From Pelagomonas calceolata (Eukaryota): DNA of 64,000 bases. The notes under the pieces were generated by a model. The model was not told where the DNA came from. It was given only the letters and a program-made list of their open reading frames with translations, and made no database searches. Numbering within the stretch: the stretch's first letter is position 1; the number at the start of each line of letters is the position of its first letter. Below, piece after piece: positions 63,801 to 64,000 of this stretch. The position numbers and the translations under genes are program-made. The DNA lies in NCBI GenBank assembly GCA_918797485.1, contig CAKKNE010000004.1:5084001-5148000 (forward strand). The letters are read 5' to 3'.

Positions 63801-64000
63801 CGCCGAGCCAGTCGTCCGCGCCCGCCGCCGCCTCGAAGGTCACGTACCACGCGTGGCCGTAGCCCACCTCCTCGCGCGTCACCGTGACGTCGCCCACGGG
63901 CGCCAGCGCCTCGAGGGCCTCCTCGACGACGTCGGCCGCCGCGTCGTGGGGCAGCGGCCCCGTCGCGTGGTTCTCGAAGGCGAGCTTGAAGCTGCCCTGC
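27886..64000 (-). CDS. Giant (>12,000 aa, 5'-partial) protein of FN3 domains and phage-tail-like 'EVQ' repeats; probably extracellular
   Basis: Stop-free frame from the window edge to TAG at 27886; the ORF track's start at 63897 is an internal GTG. Many FN3 signatures (W..P..DGG..V..Y.VEWD; L..G..Y.VRV.A.N..G.G). Dozens of EVQ...G.F.L.F.G..T..I..DA.A..V..ALE.L..V.V.R...W.VTF...GDVP.L units and many N-x-S/T sequons. Confidence 0.93.
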   Translation of the reverse strand, partial: QGSFKLAFENHATGPLPHDAAADVVEEALEALAPVGDVTVTREEVGYGHAWYVTFEAAAGADDWLGDLPSLRVSAMNRSLASNYKLVEELAAATLDGSAAATTMTGTDASLTADTLVHRYDGFCVQTVLAYAKNASLRGSFALKYDSPDGLVATPYLEAGASAAEVKAALEAIGTGELFVGAAQATDGKEYTIVFLERLGTVPPLQADSTRLYASPNKQATTGVAVSVVVAGRVPAMDSPLKGEAEVRLSDLERDADGQYVFMLDDLEAGEPYAVSVAMYNGVRSVYGLPAHATPASLTPAAAPSPPRTVAIKPLGEGSLNVTWTPPVDDGGARVTAYRVEWDSSEAVHEVQRVKFKATDIVGAFALAFQGATTPPIPAGASGERLKTALEALPTIGEVDVTKGAASYDVVFRTNVGDVPALAVSVDALRDAGGAAVAAEVEEVTRGLAPAFDEGTLGIYRRPLGSVDVAMRPEVQEVAVGAKAADVNGYFRLSYGGQTSNKIYADASAQEMATALDDLKTLGPVMVSVRDVEHRTTEPVQHAARVWRVTFDAALGDVPSLLVDTGGGGTQFNEAVGAHGHLKGTSPFANVTEAQKGGLPRWVSVGDGRLAAGRPHYARVAAYTHAADAWSEPAVAALTAAPADVAPTPPVAPKVSVAGPTSLAVSWAAPDDDGGAPVTHYLVQYDLDESFDDSTGFARVPVEDLEHDQGRYAHVLEALTTGTAYYVRVLAHNAAGYSEPRMAASRADAPVYRIDVGKGSTDFMLHVSARGNSESTAAIAAGATASDVAAAIMDLTELECGAVLVRRWDSSDYASTANMGDVYDLVDTKFGYEVEFGGDRDAALEISNYQARYGQKSDAKFDGINVTLAAAPAADGYAIKPAYREPSAPTRVKLFSVSRTNLGVAWAPPVLSGGHKVEKYLVEWDSNPEFSTISDLGAGFASVPSTTAGQVAVNASAARGLTVLSDHQFQIRGLTPGRSYWVRVSAWNAKGYGDARVSTPASAQPADQLLGPPVNASASVSPGEYPDRLRVVFNQPRVDLNGFAQTTHGGNEPAKAGNYRIEWSESSSFPDDATHSYDWRALQGDDVALECEGYGADGVSGYVGAGVPCSFELGAEVQSVRVYSEGSEPLTGGSYKLLYAGPSSPRTRLVVNPGTSRAEFVNVSDLGDNYAYGGDVLTKGSFVRIGGVDGKLYGINQTSGFQEDALSDRGGNVTLHTAFTLGQGAHVDAHTGKMVVDAYVVAPPTTCLRQNATAADVRDHIRQQMDDLPFEETVEVSRDSNTTVGSGYRYRVTFTGGAFSRWPVSKLEIVSRLTAADHGLPWVCSNFTKSKALGLLENVRTTNVFHSVTRDHSSEALTPGTPYFLRLSAVNDVGVGAAAPVESSQDYQDQRGAIAAAAPPGLTEWARVFAERDSPTSLRVTWGDVEDAHGAALTGWSVEWNKTNAEFQRGSAPLGDSTDHDFPYSGSWSRLVGPDAREFRITNLTAGNYYAVGVRAINRQGAAPPAWYTYERAGGPRGIPSWYVQHDIKDTYEGRRRAVATCPYEGVVECSEGKNAGDHSPALEYVKAGVETAINNPGATYIATDTTIEVDPSHGITNPSYILIGNEVLKVTGVATNDLTVERGADGTDAATIADDAKVFLLADPLRQIDAYDGRAPPYSYIIRARAVPKPPLVSLAQNAGRSTSARLGRVRFGGPLSVTDGLEGPESFTAASLMVSWENGGRRGAPVDKYRVEWAMDDRFTKDYQTVVVANNRTSVDTIDGSQEAVKGAPYPHSSNLEQWWNLTCANGADCRGQRVYVRLSAHNSLGYSDVTETFEATPMTSADPPIAPSLEALDGNDHTVQDVGSQLLVRWAPPRNDSVDLYGDGGDRVTSYLVEYSKIPWSAYAPVVQRVRVRKPGENAGSLDGTIRLSLNTTNDKRAVVKTFATSARIFVGNATAYDVKTILENMPNVGEVDVSIPDIGDPSSVNYDITFVDVIGNMSMLEPFDEGLTYHTDASTVVELGGRGTKGQANFVHFNVTIHRNASEAAHLPRDGDYRFVEVPVGEGDGMDFAYAIGGPARGSHPPLLPGVEYHVRVAAGNRLGYGQRRLTRPPVVRVPRQAPGLPGALAPGGFVEAPNAYLASPTAILVEVGAPVFDGGDAVVNFEVQWDTRPDFAGGPGGEPLGRAVVAAADWRCADCVTQFDADDGVFTFTGKNDDGRALEAGAKFYVTFPDDDIAYLFTVRSGDLYATAINGASSQIFVEPGHARAASYGSAANGNHQFAGELRVVGARYRIEGLTEGQHYHVRVACENAAKGMGSFVDTLPSSLLVRGLAAAPGAVTATPASAHSVRVAWQPATVPGGSVSGYVVERMTKQAVPSALGSLYGHAEVQKVMTYTSVDVPNRWTNATGGTFTLAFGDVDEPLPGTVAATQGRQYLRTSVDLTPHLGRRDEIKVCAAADACQTLTVAENRVFNSTHLYVDQVYTGATAIGATLYHRDTTIPLAWDASAADVEGALDALASLGDVRVSRVFDDDSSADPANASPANGLHGAAATDPAPNAGRVNGYVWAVTFLTDVGDLPPLVANAFGLRLSSAMDDNRGVSAPYLQVVEQYKGVVPHNHTNVTVAGDATEVTMLSLTTGAEYGFRVTALTDQGAGAASRVAAGVPAEEPSELRTLVKLSRHTQDLLRVQYAQDADANGDAVTAYVVESSQSAAFPNGSTLVQEYAVDYTVQRIETDAHTRPFTAGAQFSLSVGDFEGSWVLFDEAETKWWGRGRDAPNRTLVNVDHGGSVVTRSRPAPGLDERLDLSKYFARGDYLRVGGQAFSVCVESDLVEHNVTGGGKQSLSYPTEALKTDSTVDTYYYAAYGPKTLPLCRADDPWTPAYYDGGPRGDDLRQAPLYKLDTSLSGAVGPAIGDAALAPRRGNRGGDASIDWRAYGLKRGDYIRVGHPRTGETFRVSTDPAKEFSDTTVPLAQADDAMLEAGLTAQALRHAAYEVQEVRIYCDAMQPALGAGFPEHCNLTAGSVSASGFRLKFGDETTAATEAGGEPGCMVWDDDATAVEAELETLVGIDDVEVTRMEMKKEYGDDYWGVRYLVTFVGDLVRGDVPELAVVSLGRDGCHDAEAEDASYVFGTNATGSVQTLQTSTVPVWRAQTTAPLPWDAEADDVKYALEALQQVCTVDVERVVETGSNGYAWYVTFTAELESRDDTRFMFSPLLGLGANEDGLEAAIQPTVTVTPVAEKLVPAPSGGGPTYVRVAARNDFGVGAYRTTSPVGLTPQTQKPDPPALVRAEVVSPTELLVEWVGPENDGGAPVTSFEVEYDPAPTFDSGAQGHAAGSVRVFASDRRGVADVQSVTVAETTGERYLGGFFALSFDGQDTQALPYDASAAAVEAALEALCTVDDVTVTRTMRCSPAPDAATDCVDPQGYTWLVTFDAVQYPGDQHTRYASPYQAVAGHKLSVDGVNLLSCATKEGLGNDPLGTDCQRAAGNVSAVATLTGSRQEVQTFICDANGGRAGGSQNSDSFSLQVRGDYTQTLYLRKPSKLTFPDTFAFRDVGEGTGLALHRGPVGESDRTRLLGKDGEEVYAQVSLEEAIEAVAGDVTLTCDECPRTARFDGANVTWLPCSGQNVTVEFGSARGDVPPIYVSTNHWADEVVKGVAQERVGRMTYQALLTDAISDGSSWHVRVSSYTSAGAGEARAATGLAPLQPAVTAPMAVRSVTATHTGDHEVLVGWDEPLSSGGAPIDSFVLEYDTSPSFASQCVEGYRPGTMLGYLNSLFKCYDVGPLGRVEVSAASVDRTLGDVVYASPESTDAAQRSRLVLPVGAAADLEAGDFINVDGAHYQVKAVNGDAFFKSAAGERVNCPSEGTCLELTEDYAGRAVNASLPSLPVFGSKAVGAHFAHEVADLKPGVQYYFRVAARTKPAWSGDWRRSHVVAFEARGDDEYLVGPWSSNVASALCADVPDVVERAALGTGVTEGACADSEACAALAAHSVRVDFRPPALAYPEGNNGAAVTLYEVQLSGRQPAVQTVTLTPVLGPEASLGSGSYRLESGNATTACVAVDAPAATLELRLEELPYVDGVSVAKSKDPATGVVSYAVTYDGAYTSNSHVDALYVRPAGACAAPYDPAQVAVATSATSARPAFQPGAVPEVATIRTGARVYRKGGLEYRGPISGKFEVAWDFTGAPDLALWDPAPQKIVTASVRAGSTRVTVPVEYNLTGLLNPGDLVRLGDEVHRVAPGRPYPSANAYKGQGRTGPGESFDIEDYHLAGCAACVVYVEQTRLGSGFTSNASSWSGRVRDRETSLVYGRGGNVRFPGTEEALYGSTGLAGVQRRGRNASAYRRQHVLVPHDASAREMKAALESLPGLGSVEVSRWGPNPTNGYTWSVTFTSLDGASRCPDAPCLTASAQSANYVTLGGCDVELYNGAYVETGLLENGRSVFEQIGTPFSLRFNGTGWMLAYHGNRTLHNDRIGAWNRKVAAKYPAWNTARRAIAPADSLSSFYYPLYGERFGHSGCVVATVDGPARGGAEKDWPTLVSAVQDPTEATEKTNYLRNYTYAEARVERRGLSPSFENPTYAATASGGTAEVQSISLTAAKDDIDGTFTLTFEDTAAVAGTVFRAWTPVVVEFDATAEDLATQLENLASVGRVKTTKTTLPNVENGATYGAVWTVEFASQLGNVPPLIAVPALTGTGVRLAVETVAEGADPAYAALATGLEEGKAYSARIRAVNSEGAGQWTNEPLRGAKGVEAAAQGQGAGVVPFSFAAASIPGPVPDLALAPASDSRVRVSYGEADARGLPVEAYLVEWTTASSFTRSSETWTLEVEAGPWGLADLQGRWSVSVGSFTTHPMGPLAPAHVVQEALGALPNVGATRVTRSATKNVATYTVKLLQDVGDIDGVAVNVGELQSIDHPLDCNITGAVRNNTAVGVSYPANYGSLVVYTDADGNRDGSWRADGGPDVPRGRCGSHYAGLLDSWDAIQILTLAAVDPQQGYADAWVDAGGYKLELGGHETACISYKASAVELKAALEALPFVPAGSVQVRATEAQNRTGFPFEYSILFRGSYVDGAWPQLRVPAESFGTSYAATGLGMGGCAEFSVKQTGDATLTKSNVTATIVPIGSHETCAGGNGDVQVVVAEATTALGGALDLYFAGEVIRGFPVAGHARDLEALLSELVPGVEVTKHDHADAPYGVAFAVTFPPAAGRVDQLAAGASKLTGGDATANVYPVVNVSTMADARDMAGTFRLSVGGQETGDIRWDATHGKVLAELHALDVVARAAMLGAADGALSLPVYLPNGTAAYAVAFGDASTAVAAGDPLRLSNATDAWDNDAGPTRLITDVTYYPRIKDLHRFVRGNLTLGLDRLNVAAAGGVTVFGLSTPFAPSDLFRGDVQLHRVHQYDLNAGEAPAKDVQGLYQAFIGSTTRSRAALPGRVSFAPATTVWQASPTAARVSGGLDYSRVVYLHPGGHDLLNASDAADGPGSAVNGTRIVVDGQTYAVEDVDAFGCGADCLLLDRKLHVDVDAGTPTVNVFPYLVTAATTADLRGALADGDDVWIGRQRYVARRVDAASLLLRGAFDVGAEGATAFGWANGYEYCMVFKDFASPLAADPGGARKLDAINTVRATAQKNWRGTGAQLRYRLPFGAAPRDEILGAPAEVQTVALRCASAECAANRQGVRGNFTLSLAHSDRYLADGEAAATVTEPIAWGASEDDVRAALEKLNEVDRVDVKRTGRGDAASEFGYVYTLTFWGGRHAGATALEVDAQFVHADWVSAWASSSNRTSIHVDTVRNGVAPGRHPPQYLAFSPDHEYRFRVSARNALGFGPPSEERTVTPGLSVPSRPTAVVLGEHYSGTSLSLAWRPPHLDGGATVTAYRVELDDSSAFDAASPAYVVDEVAFVHEVQTVTTHFRAPEAERRGTFTLSWGGRTTKALKYDVAAEDVADAVSKLTGVWDVGVPPVRVTRSRAARGYTWRVVFVGVYGDVGPLTADDTYLVGDDARIEVATLQDGDCDVLPGGFSYEVQTVYLASLSPVTGSFTLNFEGQETGPIAVGATAAEVKARLEALDTIFATNVRMEDLDTNLNTRAWTVTFTHQRHTLTQGAADANLMVGTTNFGETTAEVHVTERVAGSDAFAYAFSGLTAGREYHARVTAYNRAGYGPVSAEVAAVPKTQASAPNKVSVAVGSGTSLIARWSPPSDDGGAKIQGYEVEWYSEPGTPETQVVTLSASDGVTEVQTVTTGADELGLNGHFTLSIGGETTDPIPVDAPAEGAGSVKEALERLGSSGEVRVTRRLSMRALRGYKGYIGHGGCTIKLNEGNGNALAAALEDEGRSVIMLAGEVLRVGEFKMGTTTKIELRVHSETDPDVDGAECESTADDAASVLNFRGSDISEDTGGAQLYRWDHGYEWTIEFVGFVGPRPLLDARESDLWAGTAPTLRAQRVRPGQAPLRGTFRLGFEGHTTAPLSCEATAAEVEAALEGLTTISNVDVVRTVNNNGYNYEVKFWHPRGDVPPIYPLDDMLTGPDAAARVATFEQGTTPADYGSEVVAGAAIKHTIAGLDSGTGYFVRVAAITDEGRGAYTGPGIDGSGDGSEAWYGESIAEAGMLGQEGPIVTGAIAPVEAPSVPRTAELYALEPTALRVAWAPPASDGGQAVVRYLVQWDVSEDFRNIKTSGYEASVAATPGAETECYDIEIAAVSASVPRFVRVAAYNGYDYSPFAATSPSSAVGTVRTPGPPRAPTLDVTSGVGLQVEWGAPSATPGCEYGGDGGAAIAEYAVEWDVRDDFSSPAERVMVPASATAYLIGGRDPLTGVESRVLERGKTYYVRVTAFNAEGASPAAATEPAYATTLDGVPGTPPSEAIAPAVDAESIYAAWSVPPKDGGATIDAFRVEFDADEAFGTPDVALAPVVSEYQLVGLDADVHSEVQSVRGSVWVQNEVQTVRTNIDGIDEIQTITTSADEVTPEVQTVTTTANDVDEVQTLTLAATFQDEVQIVRSTVASVPEKQRITYAVKRVDEVQTFGFYLLDCNTNQGTVAATKAALEAQLANVPALEKISVKFDIADCGSAEGVNFCQRGVDEDMPSLGTLSCDADPANDCVAKEFNLFDSGALIGQDKMEEHLNGMTINGVKFIEDAQGPQTPGATGDEGYRGFNVTLTKEFVGGQNDIGGVYKVEYRVEFTGGHLRGNVPALVVSSKEPTTVHVTGGYEANDGTGATTGAYPLGAGIVGTLATCCDASCSPSCPEDIGALYLDKQDAFTVQEGAQPDGSIKLSYECEARTQKLDVVNLVAGSDSAKLWGLRDDIYVGDWIRVGGATDAYVQIDAIFDRDELAYPYANVSLSAPWTGSTADATDAEVGTFYSDPTLASGVSQACSVDRVRETSVIPVDSSAATFSSSLRAVPTIESAANLLAVSDPGAVWMNKTHVGLEVEVTFLGQPGDLKPMRCDTAFMSSSSAGQPASALICNVTTLQDGSLADGDFALSTRFPNERVKKPKLYNTTAIRWNEEAARLEKILERVQADDGASKAFGLVDVARTPYVPSTETRWAGGYAWTVTFLSAVGNVPQMGVEANTTVTYGTSGLGLNPLAPPHPDVGKSAVVVEVEDENSGAADTFQGVSDSFTFAQDSTGEARDGGQVGGTYGLCLGDLCSAQNNLPVINTSHYTALTAAEFKELFEAELFAGRDVVDVARSGSPNRAAGYSYSITYRSAEVGGDVPLLTATSTLLQGPGAAATAVTDLEGAQLYGSFQLRFGGYTTGMLATDASAQDVENQLNMLSSISPSKVKVSRSGPMTTGPDLSGGTQVGGYVWSITFDSASWRDPTVVHADDGSMAGNWVGEATTWTDTWATGVSKEWGKNCGDMPPISCVDSGMYSSSGALPADACSVAEYVKGTEPLGGSFRVTLDTTGHDIINMRGSYTSDPIRHNAQAGVLESGGDGTSVEEILEKMPNVGDVLVTRSPVNEGANNGGHTWTVTFLRDAGASGEGRFGDCEQRDTVEDRCNSPGDVPKFGGFDASELAGDCSAGSGGAAYDCQKVTLLDVADKWTAPPGRDEVQSFAVRDPEYAGWGSNASSYHAAKAWTDRDDFARASYRIGFAGEFFEDCLPYDATDAQVRHALARIGKASARAFVRRALANVSVSRHFSETEAPNAWQYRVSFRGAGDVAPPESADGLQFNYTAKGSGANADRFRHYQKGGCNPFETDLQNVTARTEVDGRTNPNNCTFSGCVDGVVTRGNLTRFHVGGDDPKGSLSALGDDPLGASQLQWNAPGEGAGSVKQWLETTSLGRRVVNVSREVYGRHGVVEWRVTFVYNHEQVPPGSGDVVDLNVTQDPATNGVVYVPTVWETTKGSEGMSGAFEIDFEAPFGARSVAYNESAKRFERKLEEMLTVGGVAVERLSYPSAASGGWGAVAVAPEGERGGLEWRVKFTKNPGAYRGFTFPPGAGNLDSITVDGHGLQGNVPQVVNTVLRSGSTPFAGAFALGVRGAWSEPMEWQEAHDEMEYVLEQMDTVGELRVARSDVALQRVEGVWATVDRDGATASLRYDGTFGAGGTLETVLADALNPGEVFRLGGDRGGFAARGAAADGATRLGSLLAYKEDSPVVGTPQASLVRTAPTGAFVRVGGETHEVIRSGAEVQRLYVAADVTPDHVNASLDLFRLRMMYSGSAQTTDCLKFGASAADVAAALNGFDALSGGVEVSRSGRGAHGDAFLYSIYFGTGYSGVGVGDVPQLELISSTCNRLWPVGFKQGHKDWGNRQQPGSNFTGLDIGVQTVVQGGVTERQEIALALDGGALSGAYFRLRYGRFTTPCLDWGADGAAVEAALNALPSLTDHKLDVTVDLRPINRDADDPPNHYAGTLLFASNASRFWRRDEFDDHVDRRPRFDGKVFPGDRVRVNGTDGVFTVAEVLYQGLALRLTEDISAKVHFSVDDVELFKVEHAVSVRKSGLGVATLGRTEVQVVADDVYYADANTEGLFKLRVTHEGEFRETACIAYGASAAAVEAAFDALAFDFNNDGVANDAGHVAVAREGDGEGRYGHGYAYVFTFRGPDNTRAASGYGGATSSVLGANAPQIEVVAVGSEAGCQDAAGPEQLLAATATTVHNSTTVELSADVAKFLAPGDRVRIGGSVDAFRLYTVAATATHGTAAQLELERAVDCDATGGVIRPSDGCGAGKKLWKSLAGAPAFAVKTVTRGRDVYAYEVAFVGPHLANADQLEIVDEASGQCAASWAHVGGRARDARVTTTREGGSRSVQLLTLAAEAETDKPATGRYFSLFLNHLTHVTANTVGAQQNYYGGSCFEWGVPAEVLEERIQDALNMTYRNLTVAHPQITVARSGFGDGSTAWGYTYELDYVGDLMSGDLPAVFAVHNGMTLQEKTVYYNARGNAAGLDDAEFEVYDSSRVPAVATYLLEITAPAVYDVNGTLLKNDTYVFSRMVEGEGRKTYAAQLARTAWVPIERSEHPSNPGVFDEDGVYFRFRSGVGHAVGDTWVVQLYACGDTLKPGASVAGSMKARGGADPLELTLGSKVLLEGEGHADGFLVPQYFAVREPEVAVQTITVKDADGGGWAKGGTPAYRVSIGAAGLGARAQRELPYGNTSACLAWNARDADVELELNYLIEHHLGVAGATTVTRSTDAIEAPNGFVYSIYFDGLVGVMDAPRVEVNMSDCASPWSRNFAMDRAGDGAETVSTAVVRAGAGHRTDAFLPAQLPLGRPDDAFRPGAYRGANGTELGVYKVSGFYVSVAFDEALGDQPPMSVDATQLADGVRATVVDDVVQGSAATGITLGGLKTGVPYSVRVAARNALGYGNFSAPAAVGAPAAPPPKLVGLALATAEHTDEVQALTLAATHVDEVQVFTATADEIFETQEVTIEAAYGQVVAGNFSVYFPDADVVAFEALATVTRGAWALNLTLPRANNDKGPMIYDNFTTACIPWNAPAEDVAAAIVATGFAASADDVAVARSGTGAASSNYGYSWTISYDGFQGKIPPPRAHLCAAEVYGYAGKAAGANVTVAPAPDRYGVRGLGTHTAKATIVVGATAKIVEGAFRVTVDRGGPNTGGRFARNSTCLAWDASAEDVQEALISMRMFDSVRVVRRGDASAASHYGYAFDVYFDGYGLRAEPPDRYGLNASYVEVGAVTGDTACTDLFATEVYGVLTPFGWRDGVDAFLNVTNPDRGGFDLRAADDSPVTVRQLKREFEKLPVIGDVQVAVEITDTGKGLTWTLTYRDPPGDLPTLACRGDAAFVASAASCAVSTVIDGNSIAGAMTVAASQPIASDASAAQFAAALSLTDAGSVAVTRSGPDAQDGYAWTVTFLDRAGDVPPLEVVSSLTGSGAAVAVTTVRDGNVLGGEYSLETVDGYSTTTLPHDAAAADVAAALEAIGAVGSVEVSDRDDASSEGGKSFLITFTTARGDVPELRPVGARLTGAGAAIHVAEVLKGSEARGDAISISYDVPRECSESQVTRGACGASVDKVELQTSSTASFEADVTEYDMPADYTRQMVRIASGAFEARGFETPAVAGHFRLGYGGATTPLLGADATARAVRHALEALPGVGALAVERTYAARVDALATCRGETGHPVLTCPGLTAEDAPQASDLITVGGAWYSVADSYDAAGAPTALHLAEAHSSAVDTSYQGASGDELAVRGWAGGYEYEVRFLGNGAPRPISSPEHALVPVDASVGVRPAGCAACLYATGFPSFGTVYVRGRAVNPLGPGPWSDVAEATPQRVPDAVGSFSLEVLSGSEIRVFWSPPPTASGTIVGYTLHWDTADTFDAAEGDAAHCDTAEFGSCLIQGAPIAGTPPYDSVVARLVVNTTYYFRIAARNELYDPLAEVDTVRWSETISGVTADQVPLAPTGARLALAGRDKLQLRFALPVSDGGSNLTHFLVEYDTSLSFGTNLRRVNVTAAAAAENVLHEGGPAVTYLTGLESGVVYYARVAAVNEVGPSPWGVAADPTAPAAAPDACDALAVSTALTRSGAPITELDVSWLAPGNATNSSLAGDNGSPITGYLVEWFTAETVCEEQQIRATWAAGTTPDSESGFVVQFSNGRSATTHGVTTAKLNYNAAASRLRSALVNLGHATDAPFDHEYVAGDVRVTRASTNNYHGYAWTVTFADCAPGGLNEGDLVPINIPEASIGDDLEVEVSEVRPGARSGGRAEVQVLRIYGDVDASTNETQPVRGFFRLGFDGSAYSPYVSARATAAELAEALELLPTVKQVAVSERPYAPSAGERGVEYSITFATHVGDQPTLFKDAQYLYHPALGGAADSSITGAENAVDDVTGLKADDSVVGEAPARYGSALVDADALAYTITDLEPGVAYSVRVAAVNAFGAGPARTAAPTEVPQQIADPPTDVSVGVNPGDADSLTISFGEPESDGGATVTHYRVELDPTDTFDDPIREDFYCPTANKPTVWKVASEGVGATSPIVGGTFQLQVSKAAVAYTTDPIPYDAVALSSDEIYASERLCTAGSLECRTFSVANNSARVTASGSLAGILFDGDLVTFAEQKWGGQVYRAKFPTQWMQGGAIDAESAWFNLTDRDTGNDVPFIGTTKGNAALTRVHGGRGTETTSEIFCETDGAYCAPGGRLGASGSVEAKLEALDELLDLGVDVARYGPDDAGGYEWYVTFLDAAPESAANDFVVSINDNSLRDANGTVGSSGGRYAPRLTATLVQSGDTYASCTGTTLVVPSDGSGLVNGQQYYARVTAVNSVGYSLPQAAGAPSKPMTTPGPPTSVVLSTVSASQLRTQFSSPTWDGGDEITSYKVEYATSASFLGEVKSVAVTYLDGGSPFYKTVSGLDKGQRYYVRVSACNGQGCGTPQGSAPSSAAPYEESGAPSNVVLGVTSDSMLTLGYGYPEDDGGDSITAYRVEWDTSSSFNSLSASPHKGTVDVDATVALSYTIDELSPSTTYYVKVSAINAAGYGAASATLSAAPSLVIPGAPRSLSAAPGGEGEVDVAWLYPRVPHHGIPCAAFAANPSECPVALGGALPESTGGAALLEYEITASESPLFDGTDTHTVTTSSTSVTVSGLTPDRRYYVRVAARNSVGTSAFCENEGTTCTGAQLSAVAPAG

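Noticed and set aside
63895..63897. Start codon of the giant ORF as given by the ORF track
   Set aside because: It is a GTG in the middle of a repeat unit; the frame stays open to position 64000.

Overview
Very GC-rich, gene-dense eukaryotic nuclear DNA. The composition, a nucleus-encoded sigma-70 factor and a family of TIR/8-bp-TSD introner elements point to a pelagophyte alga such as Aureococcus anophagefferens or a relative (inferred, not proven). The first ~27.6 kb hold 14 compact genes: a ZUP1-like deubiquitinase, a multi-domain RING protein, symplekin, a DDX60-like helicase, an RNF5-like E3, a GH105 hydrolase, an SGNH esterase, an SNF2 fragment, an R2R3-MYB, an SLC35/TPT transporter, a plastid sigma factor and three hypotheticals. 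Six of these genes are interrupted by eight copies of one non-autonomous DNA-transposon family that splices out exactly, with the donor taken from the target-site duplication and the acceptor from the terminal inverted repeat. The last 36 kb are one uninterrupted minus-strand frame (>12,000 aa, open past the window edge) of FN3 domains and a phage-tail-like 'EVQ' repeat. These repeats appear nested like Russian dolls: 9 leading strands are followed by 9 strand-less domain bodies inside a split FN3. The frame also carries an in-frame low-GC, phage-like module. All domain calls are by eye from motifs; no searches were run.
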